From positions 70,431 through 134,430 of the forward strand of contig VMGE01000004.1 of the NCBI GenBank assembly GCA_007376395.1: a stretch of 64,000 nt of DNA, in the 5' to 3' direction. Under the pieces are notes generated by a model, which had not been told where the DNA came from, did not search any database, and saw only the letters and a program-made list of their open reading frames with translations. Below, in pieces: positions 29,297 to 39,191 of this stretch. Source of the DNA: Microgenomates group bacterium Gr01-1014_5 (GTDB taxonomy: Bacteria > Patescibacteriota > Microgenomatia > UBA8517 > UBA10165). Made by a program: the position numbers and the translations under genes. Each line of letters starts with the position of its first letter. Positions within the stretch are counted from its first letter, which is position 1.

Positions 29297-31084
29297 TTAC
29301 GGCACTATCTCCCTCCAGACTTTGCCTTTGCGCAGAAGCTCACGGGGGAAGGTGAGGAGGAGGTCAGGGGCATATTCAAAGTATTCTGATGCCGTAGTTG
29401 AGTTTTGTCCTGCTCCTAAATCACGTTCTAGTGCCACTCCACCCCAGGCAATGACAGAACCTCTGACATATAGGCGGGAGCTTCCTGCCCCTGTGGAGAA
29501 CAGGCCGTCAGTCAGGAAGATTCCTTCCAAGCTCGGGTTGTTAGGATGTGAGACCTGAGGGTCAAGAGTTAAATTTCCTTTAACGATTGCCCCAAAGAAG
29601 CCAACGCCATCCTCAATGGTAATGTTGTTGCCGATGGTTAAATTACCGTTAACAATTAATATTATTTTTTCAGTCATCTCGTTTAGATTACTATTGGTTG
29701 ATAAATCTCCGTTGCGGTAATTCCAGAAGTAACCATCGGGGCGCTTTTTGTTTTCGTTTTTCAGTTGGCTGACATTAATGGTCGCTGTGTCAATGGCATA
29801 TATAGGGTTGGTAAACACTTCCGGAGGGACACTGCCTGTAAAGTATTCATAGTTATACTCGCGGCCAGTGTAAGGTAAAGGAGTAATCTGCGCCTTCCAG
29901 TCTTTGGAAGAGAGAGTCCCTGCCCCTGTACTGAGTGTTCCAGAGTAAGCTACAACCCCGGGATAACCTCCTGCCCCATCTTTAATTAGTTCGTAGGCAG
30001 AACTCGGAATTGTCGACCTAATGTCTCCTTGGGAGATTAAGTCTCCGTCTTTCACCTGCCACCAGGCAGGAAGGTTGGCACACACTCCCCCCAGGCATTG
30101 CAAATCCCCACTGCAGGACGAACCGGAACAGCACTGTTGGGCAAAAGCGCCGCATGCAACACACACACCGCTTTGACAAATTTGTCCATTACTGCAACCG
30201 GGCTGGCTAAGGCAAGGTGACTGGGTATATGCAGTATCAGTGCATGATCCGCCTCCGCTATAGGTATTGTACGTGCAGGTTTGACTGCCTCCTCCCCCGC
30301 ACTGGAGACTGCAGGTAGAGCAGTTGCTAGCGCCTTGATCACAGGCAGGAGTTACAGGAGGACCCCCGCCCCCAGGCGGAGTTCCCGGAGCATCGCAAGT
30401 CGGGTTGCAATTATTGCCCGTACAGTTGCAGTAAAGCTGACCGGTACAGCAGGTGAGAGAGCCGACATAGAAGCCGCAGTTGCCTTGAGCGGGAACAGTG
30501 GTGCAAGCACCTCCACTACTTGGAGACGGGCTGGGAGAAGCAGTGGTGCCACCACCAGAAACACATTGAGCTGCGGTTGCCCCGCTGTTGCATTGGGAGT
30601 AGCAAGTGCACCAGGCGTCTCCCGGAGCAGTAAATGTCCCATAATATCCACAGTTCGCATCCCACTGTCCTGCGGTACAACCTCTGCAATTAACAGAATC
30701 AAAGTAACCACTTGTGCATACTGGAGAAGGGGATGGGGAAGCAGTTGTTGCCCCGCCAGTACCGCCGCACCCGCTACAGTCTCCTCCGCAGGGGCCGGGA
30801 GGGTTGTTAGACTGTGATCTGCGGCAAAATCCGTCGCAATAGAAATATTCACACTGACTTGGAGGCGTGGTAGTTGTACAAGATCCCTCACCCCATGTAT
30901 CTACACAGTTTTCTCCGTTCTCATCACAGGTTGTGGTACGTTCTCTACCCGTACACTCCCCTCCTGGACAATCGATATCACTTGTACAACCCGCCGAAGA
31001 ACTTGCAGGGAATAAAAAGAAGGACGCGAAAAACAAAACAAAGAGGGTGGACAGAAACAAGGAAATTATATGTACTTTTCTCAT
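29297..31084 (-). CDS. Secreted cysteine-rich repetitive protein with C-terminal beta-rich domain
   Basis: Signal peptide MRKVHIISLFLSTLFVLFFASFFLFPASSSA, >60 Cys, GGTTASPSPSP repeats, C-terminal NGNLTIGNNITIEDG...RGSVIAWGGVAL. Confidence 0.6.
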   Translation of the reverse strand: MRKVHIISLFLSTLFVLFFASFFLFPASSSAGCTSDIDCPGGECTGRERTTTCDENGENCVDTWGEGSCTTTTPPSQCEYFYCDGFCRRSQSNNPPGPCGGDCSGCGGTGGATTASPSPSPVCTSGYFDSVNCRGCTAGQWDANCGYYGTFTAPGDAWCTCYSQCNSGATAAQCVSGGGTTASPSPSPSSGGACTTVPAQGNCGFYVGSLTCCTGQLYCNCTGNNCNPTCDAPGTPPGGGGPPVTPACDQGASNCSTCSLQCGGGGSQTCTYNTYSGGGSCTDTAYTQSPCLSQPGCSNGQICQSGVCVACGAFAQQCCSGSSCSGDLQCLGGVCANLPAWWQVKDGDLISQGDIRSTIPSSAYELIKDGAGGYPGVVAYSGTLSTGAGTLSSKDWKAQITPLPYTGREYNYEYFTGSVPPEVFTNPIYAIDTATINVSQLKNENKKRPDGYFWNYRNGDLSTNSNLNEMTEKIILIVNGNLTIGNNITIEDGVGFFGAIVKGNLTLDPQVSHPNNPSLEGIFLTDGLFSTGAGSSRLYVRGSVIAWGGVALERDLGAGQNSTTASEYFEYAPDLLLTFPRELLRKGKVWREIVP

Positions 31085-31848
31085 TTTGTAATCTTTATCC
31101 CCGCTTCTTTGAGGAGTGAATCTGCAGGTTTAAACCTTCTTATGACGACCCAAGAAGCAATTAAGTTTCCGTTTGCATCTTTTAAGTTGGTATTATTTTT
31201 TGTATCAATCTTCACAGTTACCCCTAAAGTGTCACCTTTAATGATTAATTTACTTAATTGATTCTCTGTTAACTTGCCGATTAAGCTTATCGGGTAAATT
31301 TTTACTCTCTCTGTGTTTTGCGGTTTGGGGATAGTTAAGCTTAAATCTTCAACTCCCAACGCCGTGCCGTAGATGTCTATATCGTTGATGTTTTCTGCTG
31401 CAAAACCAATCCTGATTTTAGGAAAAACAGTTACTTCTCCTTGGGCGTCCCTTGTTTGCAGTTTATCTTCCAGTACTAGATACCTGTCTTTTGAGTTTCC
31501 AATTCCTTCCCACTCGACAAAACTCCCAATTATGTAATCTATGATGTTGTTTTCAGAAACAGACAGCAAAACATCTCCACTCTCGTTTGTTATTTGTGTG
31601 TTTTTGTCGAGTTTGTAAACGCCAACTCCTGCAAATTCGCGGTAACTTATTCCTGTATCGGCGTAATAAAGAGCTCTTCCTGTCTTATCCCCTCTTGAGT
31701 CATACAAGACGTTCTCCTGCGCCTTTATACCCGCTAACCTGAAAAGATAATCTTTGTTGTAAATTACCAGCAGTGCGCTTAAACCAAGAAGCAGAAAGGA
31801 GATTAGTAAAACCAACAAAAACTTACCCTCCTTGAAGTATGAAAGCAT
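31081..31848 (-). CDS. Membrane-anchored hypothetical extracellular protein
   Basis: N-terminal TM helix LLVLLISFLLLGLSALLVI then 230 aa soluble domain; 4-nt overlap with upstream gene. Confidence 0.5.
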   Translation of the reverse strand: MLSYFKEGKFLLVLLISFLLLGLSALLVIYNKDYLFRLAGIKAQENVLYDSRGDKTGRALYYADTGISYREFAGVGVYKLDKNTQITNESGDVLLSVSENNIIDYIIGSFVEWEGIGNSKDRYLVLEDKLQTRDAQGEVTVFPKIRIGFAAENINDIDIYGTALGVEDLSLTIPKPQNTERVKIYPISLIGKLTENQLSKLIIKGDTLGVTVKIDTKNNTNLKDANGNLIASWVVIRRFKPADSLLKEAGIKITK

Positions 31849-31895
31849 TACTTAATTATTATTCTTGAAGAGTCTATAGTCAAGGAGTTTGTCTA

Positions 31896-33215
31896 TTAAC
31901 GCCAAGTATCTATTCGTTGGGCGTATCCATAACTTGTTGGACCTCCCCTGATGCGCCGCGTTGTATATACTGGATCGCCTTTTTTAAAGTACAGATTCAT
32001 AGCTGTCAATGCAGAAGCTATTTCGGTTGATTTATAATGCGTCCATACCTTGGGGTATCTAGCAATGTAGAACCAAATCGAATCTTGCTCCTGCGGAACA
32101 AAGGATATTTCGTTTATTTCGTTCAAATCGTCTTTATTGGTGGCTATTTTCAGTACTAGATTATTACCGTCTACAGACCAATCAATAAGTTTACCGGAAA
32201 GCTGAAGTGTATGAGTTTTTTCATTTATACCTTCTTTACGATACCAAGGCATGTTTAATGCTTTAGCAACCTGTTCCTCGTCATAGATAAATCCTCCCGG
32301 CGGCAACGGAGGTACATTTACGGTCGGTTCTGTCTTTACCGGTTGTTCAGGTTGAGCCGAGAAATTGCCAAAGTTTAGGTCAGGGGAGGCAAGTTGGGCA
32401 TCGCGTGGGACGAGACCTGCGGCTTTGGCGGCATCTCCGACTAAAATTCTTTGAATTAGTCCGTCTTTTTCCCAGCGCTGAACTGCAATTCTCTGCATTC
32501 TCCAAACTTTGTAGCCGCCGTAGTCCTTGCCTTTTGAAGTAAAAACTCCTACTTCCAGCCCGCTCCTGCGGTAACTATTGGCAAACTCAACAACGTCTGA
32601 GGGAACTCCAAAGATGTCTACTCTGTTTCTAAAGGCTATCTCTAGATTTCCGCCGGATTTATCGTCTACTTGCTCATATGGGGGAACAGTAACTCCCAGG
32701 GAACCGTTATCAAGTTTTGCGTCCAACCCTGCTTTGTTCATTTCGTCCAAAGTGTTCCAAAGGCGGACTTCTCCGGTAGTTGGTTCTTCCTGCACCATTA
32801 AGCCTTGATATCCGAGCATATTAAATCCGTCCGGAGCTTTCCAGGCATTAGTTACCCTGTAGCCAAACTGGTCTACTGTATATTTAGTTTCCGCAACAGC
32901 GCGTATACGGGCAGTAACCTCAGAAACTCCACCGTCTGCCTCTGCAGTCCTAATACCAACACCGAGTGATGAAAGTCTTTCTGCAAGACCGGTGGCAGGA
33001 TTTGTTCCTTTAGCCTCCGAAACAATTGGTTTAGGTGGCTGTGGAACGGTTACCTCAGGGCTAAGAGCTGCTGCTCCTGCAGCAATTGAACTCACTCCCA
33101 CCAGTCGGAGTGCTCTGCTCCAGAAAGAAGGTCTGGTATCTCTGTGTTGGACTGAGCCTGTAACTGTACCTATTTCTTGTCGGCTTGGCATTGGCTTCTC
33201 CTCGGAATCTGGCAT
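31896..33215 (-). CDS. Hypothetical secreted protein
   Basis: 439 aa; N-terminal RPSFWSRALRLVGVSSIAAGAAA signal/Tat-like region. Confidence 0.5.
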   Translation of the reverse strand: MPDSEEKPMPSRQEIGTVTGSVQHRDTRPSFWSRALRLVGVSSIAAGAAALSPEVTVPQPPKPIVSEAKGTNPATGLAERLSSLGVGIRTAEADGGVSEVTARIRAVAETKYTVDQFGYRVTNAWKAPDGFNMLGYQGLMVQEEPTTGEVRLWNTLDEMNKAGLDAKLDNGSLGVTVPPYEQVDDKSGGNLEIAFRNRVDIFGVPSDVVEFANSYRRSGLEVGVFTSKGKDYGGYKVWRMQRIAVQRWEKDGLIQRILVGDAAKAAGLVPRDAQLASPDLNFGNFSAQPEQPVKTEPTVNVPPLPPGGFIYDEEQVAKALNMPWYRKEGINEKTHTLQLSGKLIDWSVDGNNLVLKIATNKDDLNEINEISFVPQEQDSIWFYIARYPKVWTHYKSTEIASALTAMNLYFKKGDPVYTTRRIRGGPTSYGYAQRIDTWR

Positions 33216-33301
33216 ACCTAACTTCTGAATATACTACATTATATCCGGTTTAAGCAAGAGGTGTTAAAATTACTAGAGGTTGAAATTTTCAGCCATGGAA
33301 C

Positions 33302-33871
33302 TCAACGTCTTTCAGGACCAACTGCCCGTCTTCCTAGAACTGATTCAAAAACTAATTGCAATTCCTGCACAATCTCTGCTGCTGGCCGCTCAGAATCAAC
33401 AACTAGATCTGCCTTGTTTATTAGTTCAACCATACCCGCCTCTAACTTCCAGTTGTCAATCAATGCCATTTCCTTTCCTGCTTCTGTTTTATTGGTACCT
33501 AGTCTCCCCTCCATCCTCGCTTCTCGCGTTATTTCCCCAACGGTCAAGGCTATGATGAAAACTTTACAATCTCCAATACTTTCTAATAGAGTTTGAGGAA
33601 TCCGCCGGTCATAAGAACCGTCAATTATGACCGCTTGTCCACTACTTTGCTCTTTAGTGACTCTGACGGTTTCCTGCAACGCTTCATCGAGAATAACTTG
33701 CAACCCTACCGACTCAAGCCAGTGTCTTGTACGTGTGTATCCCTCTCGTTCCGCAAGCTGGTGAAGAATTTCCCGTTCGCCCACAATAGGAATGCCTAAT
33801 CTTTCTCTAAGAAAACGTGCGATTGTTGTTTTACCTGTAGCCGACAAACCTGTAAACAAAAAAATATTCAT
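33302..33871 (-). CDS. P-loop kinase-like ATPase
   Basis: Walker A FTGLSATGKTT, DxD VIIDGSYD; start at M27 of ORF 33302..33949 giving ATGA overlap with upstream NUDIX gene. Confidence 0.55.
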   Translation of the reverse strand: MNIFLFTGLSATGKTTIARFLRERLGIPIVGEREILHQLAEREGYTRTRHWLESVGLQVILDEALQETVRVTKEQSSGQAVIIDGSYDRRIPQTLLESIGDCKVFIIALTVGEITREARMEGRLGTNKTEAGKEMALIDNWKLEAGMVELINKADLVVDSERPAAEIVQELQLVFESVLGRRAVGPERR

Positions 33872-34281
33872 AGGTTGAGTAATGTTAATACTTCTTTTAT
33901 ACCCGGAACCAGCTTGGGCATTTTTCGTGCTTGCGCTAGGTTCACCCATTTGTATTCCGAGTGTTCTTTACTTAATAAAATCTTTCCTTTGTAGTGTGTG
34001 AGCATAATAATTCGCAAAAGATGTAGACGTTTTCCTGCAACTGAGAATGTTTTGGAACATACATCAAAACTTTCGGCATCTTTCAATTTAAGTCCCAGTT
34101 CTTCGTCAAGTTCGCGAGCAAGAGTTTCTCTTGGTTGTTCACCAAATTCCATTTTTCCTTCTGGTAGCTGCCAATACTCTTGAAAACTCTTATTGGTTTT
34201 AGAGCGCTTGAGAAGAAGGATTCTTTCTTGAGCATCGCACAGAACGCCAGTCACTAATATAACAAAGCCGTTATCTCTCAC
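33868..34281 (-). CDS. NUDIX hydrolase
   Basis: Canonical Nudix box GKMEFGEQPRETLARELDEELGL. Confidence 0.75.
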   Translation of the reverse strand: MRDNGFVILVTGVLCDAQERILLLKRSKTNKSFQEYWQLPEGKMEFGEQPRETLARELDEELGLKLKDAESFDVCSKTFSVAGKRLHLLRIIMLTHYKGKILLSKEHSEYKWVNLAQARKMPKLVPGIKEVLTLLNL

Positions 34282-34501
34282 AAACCTCCCTTATTTTTTT
34301 TGGGAGCATTGAGAAGATTGTTGCAAGCTCTCTATCGGGATACGCCCTGGAGAGCATGTTGGCCTGGGAATCCATCAGCTGGATATATTTATCTACATTA
34401 CCAAGTAAAATTTTAAGCAGTTCTGAAGAGTGCCCGACGGCCTTTATTATCCCAGCCATAGATTTTCTATTATATCCTGCTTGTGCAAGAAGTATCAACA
34501 A
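34271..34501 (-). CDS. Hypothetical small protein
   Basis: 76 aa ORF only. Confidence 0.2.
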   Translation of the reverse strand: MLILLAQAGYNRKSMAGIIKAVGHSSELLKILLGNVDKYIQLMDSQANMLSRAYPDRELATIFSMLPKKIREVCER

Positions 34502-34534
34502 TACTACAGGTATGTTTAGGAGTGCAACTTTTTA

Positions 34535-35506
34535 TCAAGAGGGAAAATGAGGAACTCTTAGTATTTTGGAGTTATTGCTTCTAAGAAAGTTTCCAATCCG
34601 ACTCTTATTCCCACAAATAAACTTTTTTATTGTCAATAGAGAAGGCACCGTACTTGCACCTATTCCCCCAAGTTTTTCTTTCTCAGCTATTTTTAAACTC
34701 GCATATAGAGAGGCAAATAAAGCTGCTTCTTTTAAATCTTGATACTGTAGAAAATGTATAATAAAAGCAGTTGCATAGACGTCTCCCGCACCGGACAGGT
34801 TTACAGGCTCATTAGAAGATAACTCAAAGGCCTTGATTCTTATGGGTTCTTTTGGGGTATTTTTATAAACAAGAGATCCATTTCTGCCGCACGTTAGAAC
34901 AGTTACAGAACTATGCATTATTAGCCTCTCGAGCAACAATTTTCGGGAAAAACCACTGTTATTAATAGTAATATCTTCTTCACTAAACACTGTAATTCTA
35001 GAGTAAGAAAGCGAGGATATTTTTCTCCAAACGATTTGTTTAACCTTACCGCTTTTTTGTATCTTACGAAAGTATCCCTGGGGAGTTGCTGTAAAATAAC
35101 CTAATTTTTCTAGAATAGGGAAAAGAGCCTCTTCTACTTCAGCAACAACTGATGCTATTAATATCACTGAGTTGTCTGGAAAACTTGGGAAAAAGTCTAG
35201 ATCTTCAACAGTGATTCTTTCTTGGGTATCGGTAACTACCTGCTCTCGGTTACCATCTTTACTAAAAAAATTTTTAAAGGAGGTTAAACCCTTCTTAATA
35301 TTCGATTGTCGAATGGGTAGCGGATATACAACAATCCCCATTTTTTCAAGTTGACGGACGTATGGATGTTTTTGTGGTATTTTAGTGATGATATGGGCTC
35401 GAAATCCCAGTTTCATTGCAGCAACCGCCGAGTAAACAACCGCCCCTGATACATGGCTTCTCGGCACGATATCTTCAGTCACATGTCCTATTGTATAAAA
35501 ATTCAT
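34535..35506 (-). CDS. PfkB-family (ribokinase-like) sugar kinase
   Basis: N-terminal GG-like region and C-terminal SGAGDVYATAFI catalytic GAGD motif. Confidence 0.75.
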   Translation of the reverse strand: MNFYTIGHVTEDIVPRSHVSGAVVYSAVAAMKLGFRAHIITKIPQKHPYVRQLEKMGIVVYPLPIRQSNIKKGLTSFKNFFSKDGNREQVVTDTQERITVEDLDFFPSFPDNSVILIASVVAEVEEALFPILEKLGYFTATPQGYFRKIQKSGKVKQIVWRKISSLSYSRITVFSEEDITINNSGFSRKLLLERLIMHSSVTVLTCGRNGSLVYKNTPKEPIRIKAFELSSNEPVNLSGAGDVYATAFIIHFLQYQDLKEAALFASLYASLKIAEKEKLGGIGASTVPSLLTIKKFICGNKSRIGNFLRSNNSKILRVPHFPS

Positions 35507-35653
35507 AATACAGTTTACCCTAAAGTTTTACCCATCTTACCGCTCGCTGAATACACATCTTATCACATAGGATTTTCAGAATTTACCGTTAATCAATACT
35601 ATAAGTAGATATTGGGGTACGTTGAGGTTATAATTAGCAAATTAGTCGGTTAT

Positions 35654-37315
35654 ATGGGCAAGAAAATAGTGATTGATCCAAAAAGTCGTCTATATTTAGG
35701 TATCGGGGGTTCTACCCACGACTTTTCGGCATGTTTACTAAAAGACGGAAAGATAGTATCCGCAATAGAATCTGAAAGGATTAGTAGGGTAAAACATTCG
35801 CTTGATATGTTCTCTCCCATTAACTCTTCCATAAAATACCTCTTACCTCAAAGAACGAAGATTAATGAGATAAGCTCCTCTGACATTCTCAATATTTATA
35901 ATTGGTATGATTACAAAGATCAAATTAAATTTTACAATCACCACTTATGTCATGCTGCTTCCAGTTTTTTCACAAGTCCGTTTAAAGAAGCAGCAGTCTT
36001 TGTTTGCGATGGATTGGGAAGCTATAATCACACTAGTAAAGGGTATGAATATGAAACCTACTCCTATTACTCTGCAAAGAATAGACATATCAATCTAATA
36101 AAAAAGAATGTTGGCTTCGTGAACGAGCAACTAGATGAAACACACGTACACTCTATTGATGTCCCGAATTCTCTAGGGCTTTTTTACAACACCATAACTA
36201 AGCTTATTGGTTTTGGTTTTTTACAGGACGGCAAGACAATGGGGTTATCAGCTTATGGTAATAGCAATAAATATTACAAACAAATTATAGAATATTTTAG
36301 TTTTAAGCCTAGTGGTATTATTAACATATCTTTTGGCGAAAAAGAGGCTAAGCTGTTCTATGAACAAAACAATAGATATAAGTCATCAAAAACCAGATTG
36401 GAATTTCACGCAAACATTGCTGCGTCAAGTCAAAGGATATTAGAGGAATGTTATTTTTACTGTTTAAATTATCTCTATAAAGTCGCTCCTAATGATAATT
36501 TGTGCATTTCTGGTGGGGTTGCCTTGAATAGTGTCGCGAATGGGAAAATTACTCAGAACACACCTTTTAAAAATATTCACATCTTCCCTGCATGTGGTGA
36601 CGCGGGTATAGCAATCGGATCGGCATATTTATCTTATTATAAAGCGAACCGAAGGAGAGTGCTTGTAAAAAATCAGTCTCCGTTTCTTGGAAAGAATTAT
36701 AGCAAAAGTGCAATCTTATCTGCTCTCCGAGCAAAAAGAGTTAAACATGTCGAAACAACCAATGTCTATACGAAGACCTCAAAGTTACTCACCAACGGTA
36801 AAATAGTCGCGTGGTTTCAAGGCAGATCGGAAATAGGTCCTCGAGCTTTAGGACATAGAAGTATTCTGGTTGACCCGAGAAAAAGATGGATGAAAGACTA
36901 CTTAAACAAAAAAGTTAAAAAGCGGGAACCTTTTCGACCATTTGCGCCAGCGATTTTAGAAGAATATGTGAGTGAATTTTTTGAAAAGTCACGAAGATCT
37001 CCTTATATGCAAGAAGTTTTCACTATTAAAGAACCTATGCAAAAATTTATACCTGCGGTTGTACACGTAGACGGAACAGGAAGGATACAAACAGTCGGTC
37101 CTGATAATGAAAAGTTTTATAGACTTATCAAAAGCTTTTACAAAAACACAGGTGTGCCTGTGGTTTTAAACACTTCGTTTAATGTAAATTCAATGCCAAT
37201 CGTAGAGACTCCAGAAGATGCCATTGAATGCTTCTTGCAGACCAAAATCGATGCACTTGTAATAGGCAACTTTATTTGTACAAAAACAAATGACAATAGA
37301 AAGACCAACAAGTAA
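35654..37315 (+). CDS. Carbamoyltransferase, NodU/CmcH/TobZ family
   Basis: LGIGGSTHDFSACLL, YNHHLCHAASSFF, ASKH-fold N domain and Carbam_trans_C-like C domain; start at M15 of ORF 35612..37315. Confidence 0.8.
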   Translation: MGKKIVIDPKSRLYLGIGGSTHDFSACLLKDGKIVSAIESERISRVKHSLDMFSPINSSIKYLLPQRTKINEISSSDILNIYNWYDYKDQIKFYNHHLCHAASSFFTSPFKEAAVFVCDGLGSYNHTSKGYEYETYSYYSAKNRHINLIKKNVGFVNEQLDETHVHSIDVPNSLGLFYNTITKLIGFGFLQDGKTMGLSAYGNSNKYYKQIIEYFSFKPSGIINISFGEKEAKLFYEQNNRYKSSKTRLEFHANIAASSQRILEECYFYCLNYLYKVAPNDNLCISGGVALNSVANGKITQNTPFKNIHIFPACGDAGIAIGSAYLSYYKANRRRVLVKNQSPFLGKNYSKSAILSALRAKRVKHVETTNVYTKTSKLLTNGKIVAWFQGRSEIGPRALGHRSILVDPRKRWMKDYLNKKVKKREPFRPFAPAILEEYVSEFFEKSRRSPYMQEVFTIKEPMQKFIPAVVHVDGTGRIQTVGPDNEKFYRLIKSFYKNTGVPVVLNTSFNVNSMPIVETPEDAIECFLQTKIDALVIGNFICTKTNDNRKTNK

Positions 37316-38483
37316 TAACGATACAGAAACTCTAAAGACCTACCGTGCGCAACTTGAATTATTTCTCAGAGAACGTGGCTGGGAAAGGAGAGATTGCTCA
37401 AGATGTGAAAGGCAATACTACGCCAAAGGAGTTTCGCAAAATTGTGGAGATTCAACGTGTTGTGGCAGTTTCGAATTTCTCCAAGATGTTAGAAGAGAAA
37501 GATCTCTAACACTTCCTGGGTTAGAAATAGTTGTTCGGAATCACTTCGAGAACGCAGGGTTTGAACTCCATCCTCCTAAATCAATTCTCAACGAAGGTGG
37601 TACAACGTTGTTCACGTCAGCTGGAGTCCAGTTATTAGACGACTGGGTATTAAAGGACGCCAACCCTCCCCGGAGACCTCTTTATGTATCGCAACCCAGC
37701 GTTCGTACACAGCACCTTGACAGTATAGGAGAGGGTAACTCTTTGTCTTTTGTAAATATATGCACAGAGGTTGCTAATGCAACTCCAGAAACACACTTCG
37801 TAAATTTAGACCATTGGCTAGACTGCTTGTCTAGACTTGGTCTATATGTTGGAGATATTACCTTGCACGAGAGGAGGCTAATTCAGCAATGGGGAGATGT
37901 TACACTCAAAAGCGAAATTATAGCCATTTTCTATAAAGGACTAGAGATTGGAGACGGAAACTATAATTATGGCTTTACTCCACAAGCATCCAACGCCACA
38001 TTCATTAGCGACTTTGGTTTTGGACTTGAAAGATTGGCGTGGATTTTGCGTAAAGGTTCGTATTTCGACGGAGTAGGACCATTAAGTGAATCTCTTAAAG
38101 GAAACAGTGTTCTCCAAGAATTAATTAAAACACTAACTTTACTCTCTTCTTATGGACTCGAACCCTCAAATAAAGATAGGGGTTATCGTTTCAGGCTTTT
38201 TGCGAAAAAGCTGGTAGCTCTTACTTTCCCTGAACACTGCGTAGTTTTCCCATTGGCTTCATATTACTATAATTATTGGAAAAACTTTGCTGACTTGCTG
38301 ATCCAACAGGATCTTGTAGTAGACATAATACAAAGAGAGTATGACAGAAACTACAACCAGAGGGTCAACTTATTACTCTCGGCAAAGTCTGATCCTAATT
38401 GCCCAACAGAAGAATATCTCTTAAAATTACTTATGTCCAGAGTTAGCAGAGATGGGATTGCTCAAATACTAAGGGGTAATTAA
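37290..38483 (+). CDS. Stand-alone alanyl-tRNA synthetase catalytic-core homologue with N-terminal Cys zinc ribbon
   Basis: TLFTSAGVQ (AlaRS LLFTNAGM), SQPSVRTQHLDSIGEGNSLSFVNICTE (SQRCVRAGG...FFEMLGN), SDFGFGLERLAWIL (DTGMGLERIAAVL); only 397 aa, no tRNA-binding/editing/C-Ala domains; CSRCERQ...CGDSTCCG. Confidence 0.7.
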   Translation: MTIERPTSNNDTETLKTYRAQLELFLRERGWERRDCSRCERQYYAKGVSQNCGDSTCCGSFEFLQDVRRERSLTLPGLEIVVRNHFENAGFELHPPKSILNEGGTTLFTSAGVQLLDDWVLKDANPPRRPLYVSQPSVRTQHLDSIGEGNSLSFVNICTEVANATPETHFVNLDHWLDCLSRLGLYVGDITLHERRLIQQWGDVTLKSEIIAIFYKGLEIGDGNYNYGFTPQASNATFISDFGFGLERLAWILRKGSYFDGVGPLSESLKGNSVLQELIKTLTLLSSYGLEPSNKDRGYRFRLFAKKLVALTFPEHCVVFPLASYYYNYWKNFADLLIQQDLVVDIIQREYDRNYNQRVNLLLSAKSDPNCPTEEYLLKLLMSRVSRDGIAQILRGN

Positions 38484-38489
38484 TATTAT

Positions 38490-39191
38490 ATGATCTTATT
38501 CTTATCAGGGGGTGGCAATAGTAAAGATTCTAAAGAACTCGATAAAAGATTTTTAGATCTTTTGCCCAACAAGAAATTTCTCTATATACCAGTCGCTCTC
38601 GAGGGAGAGCAAAATTATTCTTATCGAAAGTGCTACGAGTGGATTAAAGACGTTTTTTCAATACTGACTAGTAATTCACCGAATATAACAATGTTGACGG
38701 ATTTGGCCTCGGCTAACATGGACTTCTTAAAATCTTTTGACGCCATATACATAGGAGGAGGAAATACATACAAGTTAATAGGTCGTATGGCGGAAAGTAA
38801 ATTTAATAAATTATTACTTGCGTTTGTCAAAAACGGTAAACCAGTGTATGGAGGGAGTGCTGGAGCTATAATATTCGGAAAAAGTATTGCTACGGTTGAA
38901 GAAGAGAATGTAAACAATTCTAGTTCTGACCAGGGATTAAATTTACTGAAGGGTTTTTCTGTAAAATGTCACTATAGAAATACAAAAAGTGAAGTCGATT
39001 TAATTAATAACTTTATCAAGCAGAGAAATGGTGGGGTATTTGCTCTTCCAGAACAAACAGGTTTAATCATTACAAACACCTCAATTGAAGTTGTGGGAAA
39101 TAAGCCTGCTTATGTCTTCTCAAACAAACGACGCGGATCTGCAAAAAATATAGGTAAACTTATCCGAACAGGAAGTTTTGTGTATTTATAG
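38490..39191 (+). CDS. Peptidase S51 / type-1 glutamine-amidotransferase-like protein
   Basis: MILFLSGGG, AIYIGGGNTYKL, VYGGSAGAII pattern of PepE/cyanophycinase-like fold. Confidence 0.55.
   Translation: MILFLSGGGNSKDSKELDKRFLDLLPNKKFLYIPVALEGEQNYSYRKCYEWIKDVFSILTSNSPNITMLTDLASANMDFLKSFDAIYIGGGNTYKLIGRMAESKFNKLLLAFVKNGKPVYGGSAGAIIFGKSIATVEEENVNNSSSDQGLNLLKGFSVKCHYRNTKSEVDLINNFIKQRNGGVFALPEQTGLIITNTSIEVVGNKPAYVFSNKRRGSAKNIGKLIRTGSFVYL

Noticed and set aside
30281-30891. Two ~180-aa ORFs (both strands) inside the Cys-rich secreted protein gene
   Set aside because: They arise from GC-rich low-complexity repeats of the genuine minus-strand gene. The translations are Ala/Ser/Arg-rich nonsense.
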